A DNA stretch of 64,000 nucleotides from assembly GCA_029932585.1 (NCBI GenBank), contig JAOZPU010000001.1, positions 630-64,629 on the forward strand, in the 5' to 3' direction. Source of the stretch: Spirochaetia bacterium (GTDB lineage Bacteria; Spirochaetota; Spirochaetia; B11-G9). The position numbers and the translations under genes were made by a program. Position 1 is the stretch's first letter. Every line of letters begins with the position of its first letter. Under the pieces are notes generated by a model that was not told where the DNA came from, did not search any database, and saw only the letters and a program-made list of their open reading frames with translations. Shown here in pieces: positions 19,121 to 28,461 of the stretch.

Positions 19121-20122
19121 TCAGAAAAGATTGAGTATCTTATTAACTGGAAATTTCAGGAAGGATTCAAACATAATGCTTGCACCCTGCTTAAGATATC
19201 TCTGTAGTTTCGCTACATCTTTTATATTGTCTCCGGCTACTGCAAACAAAATAGTGCTTCCATGTTTTACTTTTCCCCATTTAAACAGTGAAGCAATTTC
19301 GTGTATCCGTTCACCATCATAATAAATATAAACATCTAATCCTGAATACTTTGTTTTATAACTTTCGATTATTTTCTTCCAGGCTTCAACATTCCCATTA
19401 TGAAAAAGTTCGTTAGAAACAACCACTGAATAATAAGGTGTAATTCTTTTTGGTTTTGTAAGAACCGGCTCCATTTTTTTTTGTACAGATTCATCCTGTG
19501 CAGCTTTAGTCGCTGTTTTTTTCCTGGATACATTTTTTTTAGGAGTGGAAACTATTTTTTTCTTTATTACCTTTTTTTCTAATAATTTAAATTTACCTTT
19601 GGACAATTCTGTAGGTGGATTTAATTTCTTTCCCTGAAGATACTTGAGTATTACTGAAATAGCTAAATTCGCTGATTTTATATTATTATCAGCTGAAAAA
19701 TTGCCTGCATAAATAGTAATAAGTTCATTTCGTTTAAAAGTGTGAATTGATTCAAAATGATTTTTATTTTTAGGGTTAATTAACATGGGACCTAAGTCAG
19801 GATGGTAATAAACCATAACAATATCAATTCCATTCCATTTTTTAGATGCATCAACAAGTATATCAAAGTTACTAATAGTAGTTGTCATATTGTGAGATTT
19901 ATATTGGTAATTTAATTTATCATATAAAATGGCATTTATTGAAGGAATAAGCTGATTTTGAGAAATTATTTTATCCTGTAACAGTTCATTAAGTGAATCT
20001 GCTACATTTTCATAATCCCCAAGAGTGCCAATAATATCCGATACAGTCTGAAAATGACCAAGTGCACTATTAAAACTTGATTTTGTTGAGAGATTTTCAA
20101 ACTCATATAAATGATTCGTCAT
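19121..20122 (-). CDS. Hypothetical two-domain protein with a Lys-rich linker.
   Basis: 333 aa. A central K-rich low-complexity segment is encoded by A-runs. The gene lies between ppdK and the CfpA-like gene, as the hypothetical TP0747 does in Treponema. Confidence 0.5.
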   Translation of the reverse strand: MTNHLYEFENLSTKSSFNSALGHFQTVSDIIGTLGDYENVADSLNELLQDKIISQNQLIPSINAILYDKLNYQYKSHNMTTTISNFDILVDASKKWNGIDIVMVYYHPDLGPMLINPKNKNHFESIHTFKRNELITIYAGNFSADNNIKSANLAISVILKYLQGKKLNPPTELSKGKFKLLEKKVIKKKIVSTPKKNVSRKKTATKAAQDESVQKKMEPVLTKPKRITPYYSVVVSNELFHNGNVEAWKKIIESYKTKYSGLDVYIYYDGERIHEIASLFKWGKVKHGSTILFAVAGDNIKDVAKLQRYLKQGASIMFESFLKFPVNKILNLF

Positions 20123-20137
20123 TTAAATACTCTCCTT

Positions 20138-20185
20138 AAAAAAAAGATCGCCCTGTGAAACAGGGCGATCAATAATATTTTTTGA
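20138..20185 (-). terminator. Rho-independent terminator: perfect 10-bp stem GATCGCCCTG/CAGGGCGATC with flanking A and T runs.
   Basis: Read from the sequence. It lies 3' of the 679-aa gene, between it and the 333-aa gene. Confidence 0.6.
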
Positions 20186-20187
20186 TT

Positions 20188-22227
20188 TTATAATGTTCTT
20201 AAGCCACCACTATTTTTTTTGGCTTTCTTTTTTGTTTTTCCTGTATCAACAACACCTTTTCTTTTTCGTGTTTTTGTAGCAGGGGCTTTATCTTTTTTAA
20301 TAGTAGTTGCAGGTTCATCTGCAGGAGTATTCAGCATATCAAGATACGACTGACCTTTATTTTTTTTAGATCCTTCTTCAATCTCGTCCAGTGCATTAGG
20401 ATCTCCAAAATGCTGATCAATGTCACTACGTACAGTTGATCTTCTTCTTGAGAAAGACGCAAATGCTGCATCCTGAAAACCTTTAGATACACCATTAAGG
20501 AACTCATTAAGTACGTTTGCCATACCATCCAATGTAGCTTTCTTTCTTTTAATAGAAGTAATGTCTACATCCAGAAGAATACCTGTCTGTATATGATAGG
20601 GATTTATCATATAATCAAACCTGTTAAATTCCTGTTCCAGGAACTCTAATCTTTCTTCCATAACACGTCGTTGCATTGGGTATTTATAACCATACATTGA
20701 CTGAAGTTTATCCTTCATAAGAACAAGTCGTTTCTTAACTTCATCTTTTTCAAAAAGATATGTTCTATTTCTTTCTTCAACTTCAGTTTCTGCAGCTTGC
20801 ATGAAAGAGATCTCGTTCCAAACTTTATCAACATCTTCATATACAGGATCATTTGATTTAAGTTTTATCTTTTTCTTAATTTTAGTTCTATAAACCTTTG
20901 CAAGATCTTCATAGTCAGCAACACGTTTAAAAAATTTGCTGTCAACGTATACCATATCAAGAACATCCCATAAATGCTGAACTTCAAGCTGAAATGCCGC
21001 AATTTGTACGTCATAAGCTTTCTGCTCTTCTACAAGCTGTGCATTATCATAATACTTCATTCTAATACTATATCGTTCATCAGGAAGTATATTTGGATCT
21101 GTATCTTCATATTCCCGTATAATCAATTCACGTCCATTTTTAAGGTTTTCAATATACTGATAACCCATTCTTGAAGTATCAAGTATAGATGTAATTGAAT
21201 TAATAGCTGTGTTATAACCCCGATTTCTAATATTCTCAAGATCAATAATCTTTTTAAGGTTTTCTCTAATATTAAGTTGATCAAACTCTTCAGGATCAAT
21301 TTCAGCTCGCAGCCCTTCAAGTCTGGTCATAAGTGTTTTTGCCATATATTTATAACGATTAGACTTTGCACTTTCAGCATCATCTGAAGTATGACTCTCT
21401 ACTTTTTTCATCTTCTCAAAGACAATTTCACTGTCTGCAAGTTCTTCGAGACCCTGATCAATACGATCATCTTTTAACTGATCAATTTCCTTGTCAATTA
21501 AGTCGATTATATTCTTTGCAATTAGATCTTTTATTAGATACTCAACTGTTACCTGATAATGGAATATAGGACTTATTAACTCAGAATCAAGTATATTTAC
21601 AGATAATTTTACTTCAGAAACAGTTTTTGGTTTCTTTAAATTATCTTTAAAAGCACATTTTACAACAGAATAAGCGTTTTCGCCCCTTATAAAAGCTCCA
21701 ACATCAGTTTTCTGACGTAATAATGAATTAGTAAGATTTTCGAGCTCATTAACACCTCTTTGTATATGCCCCTGGAGGTGTCCATACATGTTAACAATTG
21801 ATTTCTCAATTTCACCAGTATTAAACCTGTCCATTCCTCCAACTTCATCAAGAAGTGTAGCAATCTCTTTTGGTGTGTATCTTGTCAGAACTTTCATTTC
21901 CTCTCGGTCAACAAAATTTCTAACCTTCTTAATCATCTCATCTTCAGTGGTTACAATGTACCTATTGAACATGTTCTGATAGTTTTGGTTAAAGTAATTA
22001 TATACTTTTTCTTTTAAACCACCCATAACATCAAGTTCTTTCAAAACATCGTTTGGTAACTTGGTTGAAACGTGATTCATTACTTTGTCGACTTCTTCCT
22101 CTAGAAGATTGTCAACTTCTGCCTGCTGATCTCGACTCTCCTGGGCAAGGGAGTTTCGAGAACCCACCGCACTCCTCTTTTCCGGATGAAAGACCATCGG
22201 GCTTTTCGGTAGATCTATACTTCCCAT
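20188..22227 (-). CDS. Large charged coiled-coil-rich protein, possibly the cytoplasmic filament protein CfpA of Treponema-type spirochetes.
   Basis: 679 aa. Treponema pallidum CfpA is about 678 aa and its gene lies two genes from ppdK, as here, so the call rests on length and synteny. The first roughly 50 codons are GC-rich and codon-atypical, so the true start may be downstream ([11 protein letters not shown]...). Confidence 0.5.
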   Translation of the reverse strand: MGSIDLPKSPMVFHPEKRSAVGSRNSLAQESRDQQAEVDNLLEEEVDKVMNHVSTKLPNDVLKELDVMGGLKEKVYNYFNQNYQNMFNRYIVTTEDEMIKKVRNFVDREEMKVLTRYTPKEIATLLDEVGGMDRFNTGEIEKSIVNMYGHLQGHIQRGVNELENLTNSLLRQKTDVGAFIRGENAYSVVKCAFKDNLKKPKTVSEVKLSVNILDSELISPIFHYQVTVEYLIKDLIAKNIIDLIDKEIDQLKDDRIDQGLEELADSEIVFEKMKKVESHTSDDAESAKSNRYKYMAKTLMTRLEGLRAEIDPEEFDQLNIRENLKKIIDLENIRNRGYNTAINSITSILDTSRMGYQYIENLKNGRELIIREYEDTDPNILPDERYSIRMKYYDNAQLVEEQKAYDVQIAAFQLEVQHLWDVLDMVYVDSKFFKRVADYEDLAKVYRTKIKKKIKLKSNDPVYEDVDKVWNEISFMQAAETEVEERNRTYLFEKDEVKKRLVLMKDKLQSMYGYKYPMQRRVMEERLEFLEQEFNRFDYMINPYHIQTGILLDVDITSIKRKKATLDGMANVLNEFLNGVSKGFQDAAFASFSRRRSTVRSDIDQHFGDPNALDEIEEGSKKNKGQSYLDMLNTPADEPATTIKKDKAPATKTRKRKGVVDTGKTKKKAKKNSGGLRTL

Positions 22228-22293
22228 TACACTCTCCTTCGATTATGACTGTACTATAATAATATCAACATGTTGTTAAAAATGTAAAGCAAG

Positions 22294-22306
22294 TTTTTTT
22301 TTTTTT
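22294..22306. repeat. Homopolymeric T13 tract in the divergent promoter region between the CfpA-like and vWA genes.
   Basis: Counted directly from the sequence. Confidence 0.8.
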
Positions 22307-22366
22307 ACTTTTTTGCTTTAGCTGAAGAATCATACATGTTAGTATAGTCATTATAGAGGTAAAACC

Positions 22367-23482
22367 ATGAATAAAAAAGCTATTTTTATGTTTTTTTTAT
22401 GTTTTTTATTATTAAAGACCATTTTTACTTTATCAGCCGACCAAAGAGTTGGGAATATTGAAATTTATCTGGTTCTTGACAAATCTTCATCAATGATTGA
22501 AGAGATAGATTCTGTTAAGGAATATGTAACAGAATCTATTATTAATAAATTAGTTCTTGAGGGTGATTATTTTTTACTTGTTCCTTTCTATGGTAAGACT
22601 GATGAATCTTATAACGGATATATTAATTCAAAAATTGATATTACAAGGTTACAAAATAATATAAGTGAAATAGAAGCTGATGGCCTTTATACTGATATAG
22701 GCAATGCACTAAATTATCTTAGAAAAAATATTATTACTGAAAATGAATTGTCCAGAAAATATATGCTCTTAATAACTGATGGAAAACAGGAGGCACCTCC
22801 TGATTCGATCTTTTACAGTCCTGATGGTAGCTTTAATCATGAATTTTTAGCTAATACAAAAGAAATTCAGAAAAAAGGATGGAAAATTGTAGTAATGGGT
22901 ATTGGTACAAATACAGCAGCTAAAGAGATTGCAGAAGAGTTATCAGCTGGATATAAAAATGTATCAGAACTTTCCACAGCACAGGAAATTTCTGATACAC
23001 TGGATGATTTTTTAGGCAGATTTGATATAGTTTCTTTTAATAAAAATATCGAATTAGATAAAAATGGTATTGGCACTATAGATTTAGAAATTAAAGGTGA
23101 AGGTTTTTCTGAAATAAAGGATATTAAAATAAATGAAATACTAATGAATTATAATGATAATAAGAGTAACAACATTCTAAATACACCTTTTACATTTAAT
23201 ATTAACATTGATGAAACATTAAAAGTTTCGATCCCTGTGAATATAACTCCCCGGGATGATGAATATCCTGCTAATATTATTTTTGTTTTTGAAGGCGAAA
23301 ATGCTTTTTCTCCTTCTGTTATTAGTCTTAATATAAAAAATAATAAAGGAATTTCTTTTTATTATTATATAATTATAATTTTTGTGATATCTTTTATAAG
23401 TTATTTTGCTTACAGAATATGGCAGCGAAAAAGATTGGAGGACGATAACAATTCAAATGAATCAAAAAAAGGGGAAATTTGA
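22367..23482 (+). CDS. Exported von Willebrand factor A (vWA) domain protein with a C-terminal membrane anchor.
   Basis: 371 aa with a signal peptide and a complete MIDAS (DKSSS, a Thr in LYTDIGNAL, and ITDG). It has a C-terminal TM helix (YYYIIIIFVISFISYFAY) followed by a charged tail. Confidence 0.75.
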   Translation: MNKKAIFMFFLCFLLLKTIFTLSADQRVGNIEIYLVLDKSSSMIEEIDSVKEYVTESIINKLVLEGDYFLLVPFYGKTDESYNGYINSKIDITRLQNNISEIEADGLYTDIGNALNYLRKNIITENELSRKYMLLITDGKQEAPPDSIFYSPDGSFNHEFLANTKEIQKKGWKIVVMGIGTNTAAKEIAEELSAGYKNVSELSTAQEISDTLDDFLGRFDIVSFNKNIELDKNGIGTIDLEIKGEGFSEIKDIKINEILMNYNDNKSNNILNTPFTFNINIDETLKVSIPVNITPRDDEYPANIIFVFEGENAFSPSVISLNIKNNKGISFYYYIIIIFVISFISYFAYRIWQRKRLEDDNNSNESKKGEI

Positions 23483-24449
23483 GTATATTTCAAATTTTTT
23501 ATTAACAAATGATAATTTTATTTTAACTGCTCATGAAACACCCGATGGTGATGCTATCGGCAGTGAAAGTGCTATGTATTGTGCGTTAAAAGCTATTGGG
23601 AAAAATGTAATAGTAATAAATGCAGATTTAATGGCAGAAAAATATACCTTTTTAGATTACAATAATATTTTCAAGGTATTGGATGAAAGTAGTATTCTTC
23701 CTGAGGACATTGGAAAATATACATTAATTATCCTTGATACCAGTGATGTTGATAACATAGGTCAGGTAAAAGATATTATTCTTAGTAAAACTAAAAATCA
23801 CCTTATTATTGATCATCACGAATCAAAAGAAAATACAGAAGAAAATATACTTATAATAAGTGAAGCTTCTTCTACATGTGAAATTTTATACCAATTATTT
23901 GATTATTCCAACATAGAAATTAATTTCAATATAGCACAGGCTCTTTTTGTAGGTATTGTTTATGATACGGGATCATTTATCTACCCAAAAACAAGCGCTA
24001 AAACGTTTTCAATTGCGCATAAATTAGTAGAAAAAGGTGTTATACCAAATAATATATATGGTAGAATATATGAAAGTAATTCAGTCTCAGCTCTTCAACT
24101 TCAGTCAAAAGTTTCTGCCTCTTTAAAACTGTACTACAATCAACATGTTGCTGTTCAGATAATGCTCAAAGAAACTATAAAAGAATGTAATGCATTGTAC
24201 GAGGAAGCTGATGCAATAATAAATATACCTTTAAAAAGTAAAAGAATTAAAGTTTCAGTTTTTTTCAAAGAAAATACTGAAGGTATTCTTAGATGTTCCA
24301 TGCGGTCAAAAGGAAATATTGATGTTGCAGAAATTGCACAGTTTTTCAATGGGGGTGGCCATAAAACTGCAGCAGGTTTTAAAAGTAAATATCCCCTTGA
24401 TGAAATAATGGTAAAAGTGTTAAAAATGCTGGAAGTTTATTTTATCTAA
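23457..24449 (+). CDS. DHH/DHHA1 phosphoesterase (NrnA-like bifunctional oligoribonuclease / pAp phosphatase).
   Basis: It has the motifs HETPDGDAIGS, IDHH and GGGH. The likely start is MNQKKGKFEY, which overlaps the vWA 3' end by 26 nt. Confidence 0.8.
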   Translation: MNQKKGKFEYISNFLLTNDNFILTAHETPDGDAIGSESAMYCALKAIGKNVIVINADLMAEKYTFLDYNNIFKVLDESSILPEDIGKYTLIILDTSDVDNIGQVKDIILSKTKNHLIIDHHESKENTEENILIISEASSTCEILYQLFDYSNIEINFNIAQALFVGIVYDTGSFIYPKTSAKTFSIAHKLVEKGVIPNNIYGRIYESNSVSALQLQSKVSASLKLYYNQHVAVQIMLKETIKECNALYEEADAIINIPLKSKRIKVSVFFKENTEGILRCSMRSKGNIDVAEIAQFFNGGGHKTAAGFKSKYPLDEIMVKVLKMLEVYFI

Positions 24450-24487
24450 TTAAATACTTTAAAAAACTTCATCATCGGAGTAGTAAT

Positions 24488-26029
24488 TTGAGATACTCGC
24501 TAATTGTATTGTCACTTTTTATTGTATTTACATCCTGTAATAAGATTGAACAAACGGAAACTATTAATCCACAGGAAATAATCCCTGTATACAAGGGGAA
24601 TAACAGTTCAAATGATAAAGAATTATTAAATATAACAATAGATAAAGAGACAAAAGTTTCAAAGGTAACTTTAGATCCTGATGATTTCCTTATTGATTTA
24701 ATTGATACAAATCTTGATCTGGATAGTAATGATGAACAAATACTCATTGTAAAAAATAATATAAGTAATAATTCTCATGTAAGAGTTCTTGTTGCAGATT
24801 TTGATAACATTATAAACTCTTATTTTGTTTCCTGGGAAGGAATAACAGGTTCTGATAACATAAGATCACTTTCTGTTTCTCTAAAGGATATTACAGGAGA
24901 TCATAATCTTGAAATTGTATGTACCGGAACTGATCTTGATGGGAAAGAGACAATAAATATTTTTCGTCGAACTCCTTCACAGGATAGAATAGTTATTCAC
25001 TTTTCTGAAATTCTGAATTTGAGTGTCGATGGTAATATTGAAATAAAAGAGGAACAAAGGTCCCAGGCATATCAAACAGGAATTAGTAATGGTATAAGTT
25101 TTCCCATTACTGTCACTACTACAGATAAAACTTCTGAAAATATACTAGATATGATTAGAGAGACCTATTTTTGGAGAAATCAGGAAGATATATATAAATT
25201 AATTAGCGTAGATAAAATACCTGGAGATGATATTGAAAATAGTAAATTACGTGATCTCTATCGAGGCGATCGTAATTATTTTAAATCTTTCCTTAATGGA
25301 CCATGGATGTTGTCAAATTCAGAAAATAATTTATCTTATAATAATCCTATAGTATATTTTGATCCTGACAACAACCAGATTGTCTTTTCCAATCACGATT
25401 TTCAAGAAATATATTTGTGGGAAACTTCAAGTAAAACATTATCGAATACACTTCAAATAACATGTGAAAATGACCTTGTCCCATTTTTAGATGTTTCTTT
25501 ATCTGTTCGTATTCTTGATATTAATACCATAGGGTTAAAATTCAGGGATAATAGTATTCGTAATTCTAAATCTTCGGAAAATCAAATATGGACTGGAAAT
25601 TATTTCAAACTCAATACTGAAGTTCAAAAAGATTTAATTGGAGAATATAGATCAATTTCAAATAATTCAGATATTCCAGTTCTTTCCGGCTATTACAGGA
25701 GTGATACAGGAGATGAATTTTCTTTCAATTCGCCTAAATTTTCTTTAAAATCCGGAGATCAAACATATAATGGAGGCTTTTATCTATTTAACAATGGTTT
25801 AAAAATAGCTGAATTTAAGATGCTGGATGAAAACAATCTTGTTAAAGATATATTAACTTATAAATATGATTACTTTGAAGAAAAAAATGATACAGAAATA
25901 ATAAGAACTATTATTTTAATTCCTGGGGAACTAACCATAAAGGGCTTTATTCCATCAGGAGAGCAATTCATCAGATATATTCAAATAGAACAAATTGAAA
26001 GAAAAGAATCAGAAGAGCCGCTTTCCTAA
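24488..26029 (+). CDS. Hypothetical lipoprotein (513 aa).
   Basis: TTG start with GGAG at -8. The signal peptide carries the lipobox FTSC. No recognisable domains. Confidence 0.55.
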   Translation: MRYSLIVLSLFIVFTSCNKIEQTETINPQEIIPVYKGNNSSNDKELLNITIDKETKVSKVTLDPDDFLIDLIDTNLDLDSNDEQILIVKNNISNNSHVRVLVADFDNIINSYFVSWEGITGSDNIRSLSVSLKDITGDHNLEIVCTGTDLDGKETINIFRRTPSQDRIVIHFSEILNLSVDGNIEIKEEQRSQAYQTGISNGISFPITVTTTDKTSENILDMIRETYFWRNQEDIYKLISVDKIPGDDIENSKLRDLYRGDRNYFKSFLNGPWMLSNSENNLSYNNPIVYFDPDNNQIVFSNHDFQEIYLWETSSKTLSNTLQITCENDLVPFLDVSLSVRILDINTIGLKFRDNSIRNSKSSENQIWTGNYFKLNTEVQKDLIGEYRSISNNSDIPVLSGYYRSDTGDEFSFNSPKFSLKSGDQTYNGGFYLFNNGLKIAEFKMLDENNLVKDILTYKYDYFEEKNDTEIIRTIILIPGELTIKGFIPSGEQFIRYIQIEQIERKESEEPLS

Positions 26030-26089
26030 CTATAACTAATTACCCTGAAAAGGTATTCTGAGCGGCTCTAAAGGCAAAAAATTGCCAAA

Positions 26090-27118
26090 TTAGTAGATAG
26101 GGAATCCATCAAATCCTTTATTTTTTAATTTCAGTAATGTTTTTTCAATCTCTTCTGCTGAAGCTAAATACAAAATAACCTTATAATATTTAATATTATT
26201 AATTGTCTGTTCTTCTATTGTAGTAAAAAAACCGGAGTCTTGAAGATCTTTTGATAAATAATGAGCATTTTCCTGATCCCTAAATGATCCGGTTTGAATC
26301 ATAAAATTATGACTTAAATTAGTTTTTTTTATATCATCTTTTATAGTAGAAGTTATTTGAAAATCACTGTATTGTTTTAATAAACCAAATACAGTTAAAA
26401 TATCAGGTAACTCTTCAAACTTATTTGAAATTAAGCCGGCTTCCGGACTTGTTTTAAAATTTTCAATTATTTGCTTTTTAATTCTATTCATTTCTATTGA
26501 TTTAGAATTTGATTTAGCTATTAAATAAGATATGTATAAAGACTCAGGTGTAATTGAATATTCTAATATACTGTCAGAGTCATTTTTTGCGTTTAAAATA
26601 TTTAAAATAGTTTTTAAATTGTGAGCCTTCTCCAGAATATTTTGATCTAAACTAATGGAAGAAATTTCGTTTAACTGTGATTCAGCAAGATATAGATTAC
26701 CCTCCAGTATTAAAATTTCAGCAGATTTCAAAAGCATATGTGCATCAATCCCGTCAAGGAAGAGCAACGCTGATTTTTGATAGTATACCTGGGCATTGTG
26801 AAGATCTGAAGATAATTCATACATTTGTGCAATACTATTATACAAGATTTTTCTAGTATTTCTATCAGAAATGTTCTCAATATTATTTTCTAATATTTCA
26901 ATTATTGAATGGATATCACCATGAAGTTCTGAAACTTCCAAAAGTATCGATGAAAAATCTTCGGAATCATAATTATTTTTAAGCCAATTATTGTATAAGT
27001 TGATCGATTCTATATATTCACTATTACTGTAGGCTTCTCTGGCATTATCAATTTGCGAAAAAATTTGCGAACTTAATAGAAATAGAAGTACAACATATGT
27101 TATTTTTGTATTTAACAT
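26090..27118 (-). CDS. Exported SPOR-domain (peptidoglycan-binding) protein with an N-terminal TPR-like region.
   Basis: 342 aa with a signal peptide. The C-terminal ~80 aa (IQTGSFRDQENAHYLSKDLQ...YKVILY) matches the SPOR fold pattern. Confidence 0.6.
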   Translation of the reverse strand: MLNTKITYVVLLFLLSSQIFSQIDNAREAYSNSEYIESINLYNNWLKNNYDSEDFSSILLEVSELHGDIHSIIEILENNIENISDRNTRKILYNSIAQMYELSSDLHNAQVYYQKSALLFLDGIDAHMLLKSAEILILEGNLYLAESQLNEISSISLDQNILEKAHNLKTILNILNAKNDSDSILEYSITPESLYISYLIAKSNSKSIEMNRIKKQIIENFKTSPEAGLISNKFEELPDILTVFGLLKQYSDFQITSTIKDDIKKTNLSHNFMIQTGSFRDQENAHYLSKDLQDSGFFTTIEEQTINNIKYYKVILYLASAEEIEKTLLKLKNKGFDGFPIY

Positions 27119-28461
27119 TAAAAAACTTCACCTTTAAATGTATTACCATTAAGACTCATTAATTTTACATTCTTAAAAGTCCCAATATATTCTTTATTAC
27201 CAACAAAAACTACCATTTCATTTTTTTCAGTTCTTGCTAATAATTCCTTACTATTTTTTCTTGATACAGATTCAACTAATACCTGAACAGTTTGACCAAC
27301 TCTTTTTAATTTTTGATCTGTACTAATTCTCCTTTGGATATCTATTATTTCATTTAATCTTCGTAATTTTTCTTTATGTGCAATACTTTCCGGAAAAGTA
27401 AAAGCCTTTGTCCCCTCTCTTGGATTGTAATAATAGGTAAAAGCGTCGTTAAACTTAACTTCTTCCATTAATTCTTTTGTTAGTTCAAGATCTTCCAGTG
27501 TTTCTCCAGGAAACCCTATTAAAAGATCCGTTGTAATAGAAATATCTGGTATTTTTAGCTTCATTTTTTTGGAAAGTGTAATAAAATCAGATCTTGTATA
27601 TTTTCTATTCATTTTATGTAAAATGTTATCAGATCCATGCTGAACTGCAAGGTGAATATGACTGCACAATCTTTTATCGGAAGATATAAGATCTATTAAG
27701 TCTTCAGGAACATCCTTGGGATGAGAACTCATAAACCTTATCCATCCCAATTTATGTGTTTCTCTAAGAATTATTTTTAATAATTCAGAGAAATTAATAG
27801 TTTTATTTTCTGTTAAATCGTTATAAGTATAGGAATTTACATTTTGGCCAAGAAGTGTTACCTCTTTGACACCTTTTAATTCAAGCTTTTTTATTTCTTC
27901 AATAATTGACTCGGGAGATCGGGAAATTTCACGTCCACGAACATATGGAACTATACAATATGTACAAAAATTATTGCAGCCATGCATTATGGGAACCATC
28001 GCTTTAAAAGCATTTTCAGCAAGATGAATTTCCCGAAAGGTGTATTCACCAGCTGCGACAAGATTATCTGTCCAAATTTCATTATTATCCAGGTATTCAC
28101 TTAATTTTTCTTTTTCAAAATTTCCAATAACCATATCTACAGAGGGAGCTTTTTTTTGAATATCTCCTTTCAGACGTTCTGCCATACATCCGGTTATAGC
28201 AAGAGTGAAATCTTTAGATTCTTTTAGATGTTTATAGTATCCGATTCTTCCCCAAATTCTATTTTCTGCAGTCTGACGAACGGAACAGGTATTTAAGAGG
28301 ACAAAATCTGCATTTAATTCAGAATCTGCTTCTCTCCATCCTTTTTCTTTTAAATCTGCAATTATTGCATTTGACTCAGCTGTATTCATTTGACAACCAT
28401 AAGTCTCTATCCAGTAATACTTCAAATTTCTGTACCCTCTATTAGTGTCCTGATATACCAT
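27118..28461 (-). CDS. miaB: tRNA-i6A37 methylthiotransferase MiaB.
   Basis: It has the MTTase N-domain (YIETYGCQMN), the radical-SAM motif CNNFCTYCIVP and a C-terminal TRAM domain. It overlaps the LCP gene 3' end by 40 nt. An alternative TTG start at 28425 would give MKYYWIETYGC and a 4-nt TTGA overlap. Confidence 0.9.
   Translation of the reverse strand: MVYQDTNRGYRNLKYYWIETYGCQMNTAESNAIIADLKEKGWREADSELNADFVLLNTCSVRQTAENRIWGRIGYYKHLKESKDFTLAITGCMAERLKGDIQKKAPSVDMVIGNFEKEKLSEYLDNNEIWTDNLVAAGEYTFREIHLAENAFKAMVPIMHGCNNFCTYCIVPYVRGREISRSPESIIEEIKKLELKGVKEVTLLGQNVNSYTYNDLTENKTINFSELLKIILRETHKLGWIRFMSSHPKDVPEDLIDLISSDKRLCSHIHLAVQHGSDNILHKMNRKYTRSDFITLSKKMKLKIPDISITTDLLIGFPGETLEDLELTKELMEEVKFNDAFTYYYNPREGTKAFTFPESIAHKEKLRRLNEIIDIQRRISTDQKLKRVGQTVQVLVESVSRKNSKELLARTEKNEMVVFVGNKEYIGTFKNVKLMSLNGNTFKGEVF

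Noticed and set aside
20188-22227. Treating the 679-aa protein as a novel SMC-like or defence ATPase
   Set aside because: No Walker A/B or ABC signature is present. Its composition and synteny fit a structural filament (CfpA-like) protein better.
22080-22230. SRP (4.5S/ffs) RNA hidden in the GC-rich island
   Set aside because: Neither strand contains the conserved domain IV motif (GGUCCGGAAGGAAGCAGC-like). Only vague AGCAGG similarity was found. I kept it as an unexplained GC-rich element rather than calling an RNA gene.
26030-26089. Long-range inverted repeat AGAGCCGCT...AGCGGCTCT spanning the end of the 513-aa lipoprotein gene
   Set aside because: The arms are separated by about 40 nt and partly inside the coding sequence. 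It is more likely a weak convergent terminator structure than a mobile-element end or regulatory site.
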